From assembly GCA_001179505.1 (NCBI GenBank), contig CDMY01000544.1, positions 1 to 54,731 on the forward strand: a stretch of 54,731 nt of DNA. Direction: 5' to 3'. The DNA comes from Vitrella brassicaformis CCMP3155 (lineage: Eukaryota; Protista; Chromerida). Made by a program: the position numbers and the translations under genes. This document shows, piece after piece, positions 1 through 9,624 of the stretch. Under the pieces are notes generated by a model, which made no database searches, was not told the DNA's origin, and saw only the letters and a program-made list of their open reading frames with translations. Each line of letters starts with the position of its first letter. Position 1 is the stretch's first letter.

Positions 1-1251
1 GCGCGATCGGGGAGTGGATGGCCTCATGCGAGCATCTGGAGATATTTGACGACGACGGCACCTTCGAGACCAAGGCGGAGCTGCTGCGCATGCCGCCCCC
101 CGGCGCCTCCCTCGCCCGCCTGCGGTCCATCGGCACTCTCCTGCTGGAGAGTGGTCAGGATGACCGGACAGCGGCCAACCTGCGGCAGGCCCTTGTGGAG
201 CGGGGATGCCGCAAGTCCCTTCGCAAGCTGCCCATCGACGGGTGGACGATCAGAGCTGCGCACGAGGATGTGCTGCGGGAAGTGGCGTCGCTGTCGGAGT
301 CAGTGCTGCAGCCGGAGGCCCTCAGCCAGCCGCAGGTCGTCAAGAAGGCAGACCATCTCGAGATGGAGCTGGAGCTCATCGAGTGGATGGCCAATGAAAG
401 ACCTCAGGTAGCCAAGACACCACGGGCGGCTGCGCCTCAACACCTTCAGGCACAATTGCCCCCAATGCGGTCTGTCTGTGTGCAAGCAGGTGCAGAAGCT
501 CGTCCGTGAGTTTGCCGCTGTCGCTGACGTAGTGGAGTATGAGGACGAGCTCACCGACCCCAACGCCGCCGCACACGCGGCCGCATATTTCCCCAGCGCC
601 ACCACATTCCGCTGCTCGCCGAGAGAGCTGCTTCCACCGGTGCGGAGCGGCCTGGCCAAGACGGTCGCCAACATGTCCCGGTGCAGCACCATCGACTTCG
701 TGGATGATGTCGAGGTGCACCAGGACGCGCCGAAGAATGCTGTGGCCTTCCTGGAGTCACTCAAGAGGCAGATGGCCACAGAGGAGGGGCAGGGGGGCGG
801 CGAGGGCGAGGGCGAGAGGCGCCTGTCGGTGAAGATCGAGGTGTCGGTGACTGGCATCTTACATCGTAGCCGGCCGCTGCAGCTGTGGGCCAGCCACGAC
901 CTGCCGGCCATCGACGACGTCTGCATCAGAGTCATGGGTAAGCAGGGCCACACGAGGTAGATAGCCCACCTGAGCAACACACGCATCACATTCTATGTAT
1001 GTTGGCTGCTGTGTGCAGCCGGGCTAGGAGAGGACGACTCGATGGAGGCCTTGTACGGCTCGGTGATGGCGTCGCTCGTCGGCATCATTTCGCGACCCGG
1101 TGTGAGCAAGGCCTCTGCATTCCTCTGCGGCTCTGTGCGTGAGGGCGTGCGGCGGCTGTTCAACACGCACCTGGCGGTGTTCAACCTGCTGTGCACACCG
1201 TACACCATCACCATGGAGGACGACACCATCACCGTCGAGACACGCACATAG
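1..1251 (+). CDS. 5'-partial member of a lineage-expanded F-box-associated (LRR-like) family; 3 exons visible
   Basis: The frame is open from the window edge, with exons ~1-407, ~490-957 and ~1020-1251 bounded by GT/AG. AIGEWMASCEHLEIF..TKAELL, LARLRSIGTL and LVERGCRKSL align by eye with LGAFVRTSEKLRHL..DKADVL, LRSLQTIGVL and LVARGCRSL of the F-box gene at 28640-30924. Confidence 0.6.
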
Positions 1252-1719
1252 ATGATATCACAGCCGGTGAGAGGGAACGGACAGGGCGGACAGGAACGGC
1301 ACGTGTGTGCTTCTACTTTGTCGTCTGTTGTCCGTGTGTGTGTTGCGGTGTCAGGTAGCCGTAGACATCCCCAGCCTGCCTTGCTGTTGGATCGAGCATT
1401 GGTGGCTGCGGGCGGGGCGGAGGGGAAAACAGCCGATCGAATCTCTGTCGTTGATTGTGGATAGACACTAGCGGATAAATGGACGGATGGATGGATGGGC
1501 ACATGTGTTGCGTGCAGCGGCTGTCAACGAGTGTGTGTGCTCGACTGCTATATGTGTGTGTGTGTGTGAGTATGAATTGAATTGACCTACGTATGCACAC
1601 ATCGGGCCCTCAAACCGCCATTTAAATCACTGCAACCGAGCTAAGGGATGGACGAGTCAGCCATGCAGTCATCAGTGTCACGATCCATGCATATCCATCC
1701 AGCTGTGCATCAAGCCAGG

Positions 1720-4700
1720 TCAGAGCTTCGCATGGCTGGGTCTGTCTGCCCCCCTCCTGAGAATGCGCTGCTCCTCTAAGTAGGTGGTGATGAACAGCGG
1801 GCACTCGCGAAGCGTCACTAAATCCGCCACCAGATCGCCCGCCTCGTCCGCACTGCTGCTAATCGTGCTGGGGGTGGAGGTGGTGGTGCCATCACCGCCC
1901 TCCTGAGGATGCCCCTCAGCCGCATTGAGGTCACACACCACCTCGCGAATCAACTCTCTGCACACGCACAACACACACACAGAGAGATCAGCCATTCCAT
2001 TGGCAGGCGCGTGTGTGGGGGGGTGTTGGTGTGAGAGACATACCTGACGAGCGGTGCGGTGACTCTGTCTGCAGCAGCTGCCTTGTGTCGCTTGTGAGTG
2101 ACGACGGACAGGGGCGCGCGGGAGTGGCTGTCGGCGTCAGGGACGGCAGCGGGGGGCGACTCGAAAGGCACGCCGTGGCGGATCTGCTGCCAGATCTGAC
2201 GGACAGAGGCACACACACACACACATCGGTCGTCGTGGGTGCGTCCACGGTGTGGAGGGGTCGGGGGCCTGGTGGTACCTGTGCCCGTGAGATTTCAGCA
2301 GTGGCGGAGTCTTCTACCTTGCCGTTCATAATGAGGTGGCCCCGCCCCTCCAGCCAGCCCTTGACGTAGCGCACACACACCTACACACACACACACAGCA
2401 GACCAGACACGTGTAACGTGACGGCCGTCTCTTCCTGGCTCACTGACCTCTATGTTGGTGCGGAGGCTATCGAGAGAGACGTCACTCTCTGCACACATAC
2501 AAACAGAGAGTGAGAGAGAGGGAGAGCGGATGGGACCTTCTGTGTGCCTGTTGTAATTCACGCCAGCGTGCCTGTGGGTATCTGCAGCAGGTCGTGCGCC
2601 GTGACGGTGTCGGCATCTCGAGCAGCGTAAGACGACAGCTGATTCGGACACCTGGGTAACACACCACACCACACACAGACAAATGATTCCCTGACGTGGC
2701 GTTGAGAGGCATCCCACCGACCCTACCCCTTTGCGAAGTGTTTGGCGAATGCGTCCTGGACGGGCTGCACCAGCGACAGGTCGTAGACGAGCGCACCGTC
2801 CGCACCCGCCAAGGCGTCACCCTCCTTGGCTGACACACACGCACTCACCTGCAGAGCCAACACACCCAACACACACACAGACAGCAGACAGGTAGGTAAT
2901 CACTTTGTCCAAGGGCCTTGAGGCATGTGTGTGGGTGGTTTGTGTGTACCAGCAGTTGTTTGTCGTGTGTGGTGAGTGAGCCGTCGTCGACGCCAGCGAA
3001 CATGCCGCCAGTGGCGGGGGCGCCGCGCCTGAGCGAGTCAGGACGGAGGGGACCATGGATGCCAGTGTGCGTGTGATGTGTGTGTACCTGTGGCAGGTGG
3101 CTATGACCTTCCTCCGGTAGCTCCTCATGAAGTGACGATCCATCGACACATAACTACACACACAGATGCACACACAGACACACACTGATGCCGTCCGTGT
3201 GCGCCCTTCTCCAACACGATGGTGCCCACCTTTACCCACCGGTTTCTATCAGGGAAAATTTTGCGTCTGTCGTGGCCCATGCGTGTGATGAATGAGGCCG
3301 CGTAGTCCCACATGCCGCAGTTGAGGCCGGCCGAGTGGTTCCGCAGCTCCCACAGCATCTCGTCCATCTCAAAGGCTGCCGGCAGACTCTCAATCAACAC
3401 ACACGCTGAACCAAACAATACACACACAGAACGCTCATCGCCCTCTCTCTCTCCCTCTCTCTGTATGTGTGTGTCGTTTCCGTGCACCAATCGCACCTTT
3501 GATTGTGTTTGCGGGAATGTCGAGGGCCTCCTCTGTCCAAGTGAAGATCCTGTCCCACAGAGCGGCCTCACTCGCACTCTCCAGCTGCAGCACACAGACA
3601 CAGAAACGAGACGAACCACCCACTTGTCAAATGAGTGCATCCCTCTGCTTGTTTGGTGTGCATGTGTGTGGTGCCTTTGAGAGGTAGAGGAATGGTCCCC
3701 TGCTGAGTTCCGCCAGGTGTCGGCCGGACGAGAAGACAAACATGCCAAAGTCGAACAAGGCGCCGCTAACGCGACGACCTGCACACACATATACACAGGG
3801 AGGGAGAGAGAGAGATGTCACCGATGTCAGTCATTGGCTCGGCATGGCGCTGACCGTTGACCATGACATTTGCCTCGATCATGTTCCATGCACGAGGGCT
3901 GCAACACAGCACAACACAGCACAACACAGCACAACACAGCACAACACAGCACAACCAATCAGCGGCGTGTCCATCCAGACAACAATGTGTTTGACAACGA
4001 CGGACTCACCGGACCATCATGACGGTGGAGGTGCCGTCTGTGGCCGCACGTGTGTGGCCCTCCTGGTCGCCCGGCAGCTGACCCCTGGCCGCGTTGGCCA
4101 CATTGAGGTGACCGATCAGCACATTCCGCCACGACGGACAGAAGCCGTCGTCGAAGTCAACCTGCACACACACACGCACACACACAGACGCTGATTGTTT
4201 CAGGCTCGACGACTGTCATGCGAATGAGTGGCTGTGACTGACCTGCACGCCCTGTGCGCCGGAGAGCATGGCATTTCGCAGTAGAGGTCCATTGGAGGGG
4301 TCGACGTCGCCGATGTCCACTCGGCGGTCGAGCAATGCCGCTGGCAGGGGGGCTATCCTCCAATCAGACGACCTGCACACATCACAGACAGACAGACAGA
4401 CAGGCAGACAGACATGTGGGTCAGTGTGTCGTGATCTGGAGGCTGACCTGGTTTGTGCGGTTGCAGCGCTAAATTCTGAAGGACCACGGCCCTCCTGATA
4501 GGCCTGACAATCACACACACGCAATCACAAGCAACAGAATCACACACGCCGATGCCGCCCGACGACGGATGCATCATGACTCGCTGTATGTTGGCTGACC
4601 GTGTGTCTGTTGGCTCTGTCGCGGTACAGCTGGTTGACGTCATCTTCAAATGTGCTCACCAGCCGCCGCAGGAAGTCCAGTGCGCCCTCCGTCAGCACGG

Positions 4701-4773
4701 TGGTGTACGCCTTGTGCGCCTGAGGGTCGCGAGAGGCAGAGGGAAACTCCAGCACCTCTATCCATGAATCCAT
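1720..4773 (-). CDS. MLS: Malate synthase (glyoxylate cycle), multi-exon, C-terminal PTS1 AKL
   Basis: Exons encode [85 protein letters not shown] and [21 protein letters not shown]. The gene ends ..SHAKL-TGA at 1720-1722. Confidence 0.95.
3901..3956 (+). repeat. Intronic 10-bp minisatellite (ACAACACAGC)x~5
   Basis: Direct tandem repeat read in a malate synthase intron. Confidence 0.9.
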
Positions 4774-4775
4774 TC

Positions 4776-4852
4776 CTGTCCGTGCCGAGAAGGAAGCACG
4801 AAGAAAGAAGGGTTTGGGTGACGGGTTTCTTACCCTTGAACCCAAACCCTTC
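4776..4852 (-). promoter_or_regulatory. Conserved leader-exon/5'-splice-site motif plus 58-nt 5'-UTR intron of malate synthase
   Basis: The minus strand reads AAGGGTTTGGGTTCAAGG|GTAAGAAACCC..pyrimidine tract..GACAG|GAATG. A perfect 13-bp inverted repeat lies at 4807-4819/4840-4852. Confidence 0.65.
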
Positions 4853-5140
4853 CGCCTCACACAACAAATTCCTGGGGCAATTCTTCAAAACAGGTACACG
4901 GCTTAGGTGGAGGTGAGGTGATAAGGCAGGCCACAACAGACTGAAAACCGAGAAAGATCTCTCTTGTCTGTTGCAGATCTCGGTGCAGATCTCGCTTCGT
5001 GAGCCAACAAACAGCAAAGGCGGCAGACGGTCTTCCACAGGTGAGGGACACACAGGACACGCAGAGACGATTTCGGCTTTTTTCACGAGTGCATGCATCC
5101 GCTGATCTGATCCTTCACGCAGAGCGTCGTTACGAGGGCA

Positions 5141-6769
5141 ATGGACAGTGACAGCCTGACTGAGCATGCGATTCTTTCGCACTTTCAAGTGCCGACCGCC
5201 ACCCTCTGCGAGAGCATCCAGCCGCTGCAGCAAGAGATCACCGCCACACGCGAGAGCATCAACCAGCTGAAGCAGAAACACGGCATTGCTGAGGGATCGG
5301 CGGCCTCGTCTGTCGACGTGCTGCTGCTGAATGTGGGCGGCAGTGAGATGAGCGTCAAACGCAAGCACATGACGGAGGGAGAGGGCGTCGAGGGCACTCT
5401 GCTGGCCGTGCTCTTCTCTGGCAAGCTCGACAACCGATTCATCAAAGACGACAAGCAGCGTGTCTTCCTTGATGTGGACGCGGAGGCCTTCAGGATTGTC
5501 CACAAGACCATCTTGGGGCGAGTACCATCCAGCAGGCGACACGCGAGGGCGAGCGGGATGGGTTCTCGAACTCTCATCTGCTCACCGGGGCGGAGAGGCG
5601 TCAACACAAAGGCAAACAGATGTGTTGACGCCTCTCATACACACGTGGCTTGCGTGTACACCCCTTCCCGATCTGTTTGTAGGTTTGAACGATTTTTGAA
5701 TCAAGAAGTTGCTGTCGCCTGTCCAAGAAGGGCAACTTGCCAGGAAGGGCTACCGCCCGCAGCCGGCGGTCGGGCGGCCGCCATCAGTGACGGCGGGGGG
5801 CATCCCCACCACGGCCAGCGGACTCGTCACGGCCCTCAATGACGTGCTCAAGGCCTACCACGACAAGAAGAGCAAGCTCGAGGGAGAGCTCCGCGCAGAG
5901 AAGATCCGATATGAGCAACACGAGGCAGAAATACAGGTGAGTGACAGGCAGCCCACGAGCTTCATCTGGATGTCGTCTGTTTTAGCAGGCCGCTAGCTCC
6001 TTCCTGGCACCCATGGATGGCAGTGACCTCATCCGCTCTGTCGATGTCTGCGGAGAAGTCATCTCGACGTGTCAATCAACTATCGACTCCATCCCGGAGG
6101 AGATGGCCCTCAAAAGACGCAACACGGAATCACTGTGAGCAAACGCAGCACAATGGCGATATGCACTTAGGCGCTTCACATGTGTGTGCCCATTGTTCAG
6201 GTGGGGCAGCTCAGTGCACGAAGGCGTGCACGTCCCGCCCGACCACATGAGCCGACTCATCGACCACCACCGCCGCAAACGGCATGGCGCGTCCGACGAT
6301 GAGGCGCGTGTGCCGCTGCAGCTGACCGACCCGCGGGCGCAGAGGGCATTCGATGTCAACGCGGCCATGTACGGCATCGTCAGGAATGACACCCCAGCGG
6401 CACTCCAGGCACAGCAGCCCAGGTACACACATGAGAAGCAGCACTGGAAGGCCGGCCTTGCAATTTGTCGTCTCTGTCGCTGTATAGTAATGATGGCTTC
6501 ATCCTGATGCTGCCAACTGGTGTGCGCTACCGCACCGTCACGGCGGGCACCGGCAGAACACCGCGTGTCGACTCGACGGTGAGGTACGACTTGGCGGCCG
6601 AGACGTATTCTACGATTACCGTGGGGAGGTGGGGAGTATGTGTGAGGTATCCAGGTGGGTGCGTGGGGCGTCGCTGTCGTTGCGTGTGGGGGAAATCAGG
6701 CACATCATACTCCCTCATGCAGTCGAGGGCGCCAAGTACATTCAATTGCAGCTGATCAGCATTTTATAG
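5141..6769 (+). pseudogene. BTB/POZ(KCTD T1-like)-coiled coil-BTB-like-FKBP-like fusion gene, disabled
   Basis: VLLLNVGGSEMSVKRKHMT..LLAVLFSG..RVFLDVD is BTB/T1-like and LPTGVRYRTVTAGTG..LRVGEIRHIILP..LQLISIL is FKBP-like. Relative to the paralog at 51006 it has a 1-nt deletion at ~5515, TGG>TGA at 5697-5699 and an 8-bp duplication GTGGGGAG at 6621-6636. Confidence 0.8.
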
Positions 6770-7733
6770 GATATCTGTCTGTCGAGGAGGGAATGTGTTT
6801 TGTGTTTGTTTGGTTTTGGTTTTTGTTTTGTTTGGCACATACAAGATTGGTGTTGGCTCTAGCCTGTCGATTCATCGCAGAACGTCACTCTGTGTATGAG
6901 ATGTGCTTGGGCTGTATGTGGGAGGCAGCACAGAGATGCAGCCAACGTACGACACGCCTTTTTGTACGGTGAATAGTATTGCACACGATGGATGGCTGGT
7001 GTTGGTGAATTGATGGATGGATGGATGGTTGGGTGTGCACGCAAACAAACCCTCTCTCTTTGCAGTGGATGCCAAACCTCTTCAATCCCACAAGTCTCAT
7101 CAAGACGCACCATTCATTGATGCAAGGCTACATGCAGAAGCAGGAAGGCAGGCACATATGTACATCGACCGACCAGTCCGTCACTCAGCCACAGACACGC
7201 CTTGGACACGAACACCCAGAGAAAGTCGAGTCGTCAGAGAAAAACTCCGGCAACCGAAACCCAGACCACCCACCCTCACCATCCACTTCCAGAGCACACG
7301 AAGGAAGAGGCTATCATCCAACCAGGCAGGACAGCCCCGGTTGCACACCCACACCCACCCTATAGGATGAAAACGACGCAATATCTACAAAACCATAGGT
7401 GTCGATCGACTGTCGACAGGCGAATACGATACACACATGGACGAATCGCATCTGTGGGACCTTGTTCATTCATTCGTTCTTCGTGTGGTGTGAGTGCCTT
7501 GGATTGGTGGAGCTCAATCATGAGCAATACTCACTGATCGCTGATACTCACTGATTCATGATCACCACTTGCAGCCATCCATCCATTCAATCACCCAGCA
7601 CCCACCCATCGACATCACTCACTCACTCACTCACTCAAAACAAGCAACAAGCAATGGTGTGTCTCACCTATAGCTAACAGTCCTATCGAACTCATCTACA
7701 CACCCCGAAGTGACGATTTCGATTTCATTTTCG

Positions 7734-8317
7734 TCACCAACAGGTTCGGTTCGTCATCAAACTGTGCAGGTAGTCACAGATCTGCTGCTGCCGCCTGACA
7801 GCCAGAAGGATAGAGAGATACCAGAGGCCGGCCAGTACGATCATGATGGTGGCTGTGGCGAGGCAGCGGCGGGCCCACTTCTGCCTCTGCGACCCCTTCT
7901 TAGCGTCCAGGTTGAGGCAGAAAGCCAAGCAGCCAATGATGGGGAAGAATATCGCCAACACGCACGACACCTGATGTACAAGATCGCCAACACACACACA
8001 CACAACACGCCTTGCAAGTTGGGTGGGGGGTTGCGTCGTTGCTGCCTGCCTGCCTGCCTGCCCGTCCATCGGTCCATCGATCTCACCTTCGCGCAGAGCG
8101 TCCACGACTTGTCATCTTCGTCTTGTTGTTGCGGCTCCGGCACCACCACCTCCGGCACGGTGATCACATGTGCAATGGAGGGCGCGCCGTACGCCGGCGG
8201 AGTAGCGCTGTCCGCGGATATCGATGGCCACTCGCAGCTGCCGGGCTGAGACTGAGGCGGGGCGAGAGAAGGCTGGTCAACCGAGGGATAGGCCGGCATG
8301 ATTGAGGTGGCTGACAT
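7734..8317 (-). CDS. Pro-rich, Cys-containing two-helix membrane protein, CD225/dispanin-like (copy 1)
   Basis: Two exons. The N-terminus is Pro-rich (MSATSIMPAYPSV..), followed by hydrophobic VSCVLAIFFPIIGCLAFCL, a basic linker NLDAKKGSQRQKWARR and hydrophobic CLATATIMIVLAGLWYLSILLAV. The family label rests on topology only. Confidence 0.65.
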
Positions 8318-8429
8318 TGGCTGCTCTGCTGCAGTGCAAGGTTTGTCTGCAAGGTCGAGAGGCGTTGGATGTCAGTGATGCACCAAGGCAGAGGAACGAA
8401 GATCTGCTTGGTCGAATGGCGATGTCCGT

Positions 8430-8517
8430 CTAGTGTGCGACACAAGGGCGAGGAGACCGGGGACGGAGAGATAAGCGAGCAGGTGACTGGGTTTCTTACC
8501 CTGAAACCCAAACCCTT
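8430..8517 (-). promoter_or_regulatory. Leader-exon/donor motif plus 70-nt 5'-UTR intron
   Basis: AAGGGTTTGGGTTTCAGG|GTAAGAAACCC...CACTAG|ACGGAC. Confidence 0.65.
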
Positions 8518-8699
8518 GTCCACGAGTGGAGGCATGTCCCTTTCTACATGCGAGAGTGGATACTGCCGAACCTCTTCAATCCCACAAGTCTCATCAAGAC
8601 GCACCATTCTTTGATGCAAGGCTACATGCAGAAGCAGGAAGGCAGGCACATATGGTCCTCTGCAAAGGCTCTATGTACATCGACCGACCAGTCCGTCAC

Positions 8700-9395
8700 T
8701 CAGTCAGTCACAAACATGGTCTGCGTGTTCATGGGAGATCTGTTTCGGGGGTCAAACATGGGGTTTTCTGTCAAGTGGTCGTAGTTAAAGTTCCTGTCAA
8801 CCCACACCTTCCCGAGATACATGCTGCCAGCCAGCAAAATCATCAAGATGGCTGTGTAGAGGCAACAGAGGGCCCACTTCTGCCTCTGCGACCCCTTCTT
8901 AGCGTTCAGGTTGAGGCAGAAAGCGACGAAGCCAATGATGGGCAAGAATATCGCCAACACGCACGTCACCTGATATGGATCAACACACACATACACACAC
9001 ACACACACAACAACACGCCTTGCAAGTCGGGTGCGCGGTTGCTTCGTTGCTGCCTGCCTCCCTGTCCATCGGTCTATCGGTCTCACCTGTTGGCAGAGCG
9101 TCCACGACTTGTCATCTTCGTCTTCTTGTTGCGGCTCCGGCACGAAGCCCAAAGGGATCACATGTGCACCATCCACTAACTGCGGCTGCTCATACTGCGG
9201 CTGATCACCACTTGACGGCGTCCCGGCTGTGTTTGGGGTCGCCGGCGGCTGGCCGACAGCAGCCGGCATCGTCTGGGGTGCGCCGTACGCCGGCGGAGTA
9301 GCGCTGTTGGCGGATATCGATGGCCACTCGCAGTTGCCGGGCTGAGACTGAGGCGGGGCGAGAGAAGGCTGGTCAACCGAGGGATAGGCCGGCAT
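8700..9395 (-). CDS. CD225/dispanin-like membrane protein (copy 2)
   Basis: Paralog of 7734-8317 with the same intron. The first ATG of copy 1 is CTG here, so the start is probably MPAYP at 9395 (alternative ATG at 9434). The C-terminus differs. Confidence 0.65.
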   Translation of the reverse strand: MPAYPSVDQPSLAPPQSQPGNCEWPSISANSATPPAYGAPQTMPAAVGQPPATPNTAGTPSSGDQPQYEQPQLVDGAHVIPLGFVPEPQQEDEDDKSWTLCQQVRPIDRWTGRQAATKQPRTRLARRVVVCVCVYVCVDPYQVTCVLAIFLPIIGFVAFCLNLNAKKGSQRQKWALCCLYTAILMILLAGSMYLGKVWVDRNFNYDHLTENPMFDPRNRSPMNTQTMFVTD

Positions 9396-9524
9396 GATCG
9401 AGGTGGCTGACAGTGGCTGGCTGCTGCAGTGCAAGGTTTGTCTGCAAGGTCAAGAGGCGTTGGATGTCAGTGATGCACCAAGGCAGAGGGACGAAGATCT
9501 GCTTGGTCGAATGGCGATGTCCGT

Positions 9525-9621
9525 CTGAGAGTGCGGACACGAAGGGCGGGAGACCGGACGGTGAGGGAGGAGAGAGCCATTGCGGGAAACGCGGGTTTCT
9601 TACCCTGAAACCCAAACCCTT
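9525..9621 (-). promoter_or_regulatory. Leader-exon/donor motif plus 79-nt 5'-UTR intron
   Basis: AAGGGTTTGGGTTTCAGG|GTAAGAAACCC...CTCTCAG|ACGGAC. The acceptor position is the same as in copy 1. Confidence 0.65.
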
Positions 9622-9624
9622 CAC

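Larger units (their letters stand above)
7060..9621. repeat. Tandem segmental duplication (units ~7060-8520 and ~8520-9620)
   Basis: 7075-7200 matches 8570-8705, 8260-8430 matches 9340-9525, and the 8489-8517 motif matches 9593-9621. Each unit contains one paralogous gene. Confidence 0.85.

Noticed and set aside
3901-3956. Regular repeats as a CRISPR array
   Set aside because: Spacer-less intronic minisatellite in a eukaryote, with no cas genes.
4823-4851. Dinoflagellate/Perkinsus spliced-leader relic or true interstitial telomere
   Set aside because: No match to CCGTAGCCATTTTGGCTCAAG, and only 2-3 degenerate repeat units. Kept instead as a novel motif.
4646-5542. 298-aa minus ORF, and similar long ORFs such as 43634-44629
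   Set aside because: Antisense to BTB/MORN exons and running through intron microsatellites.
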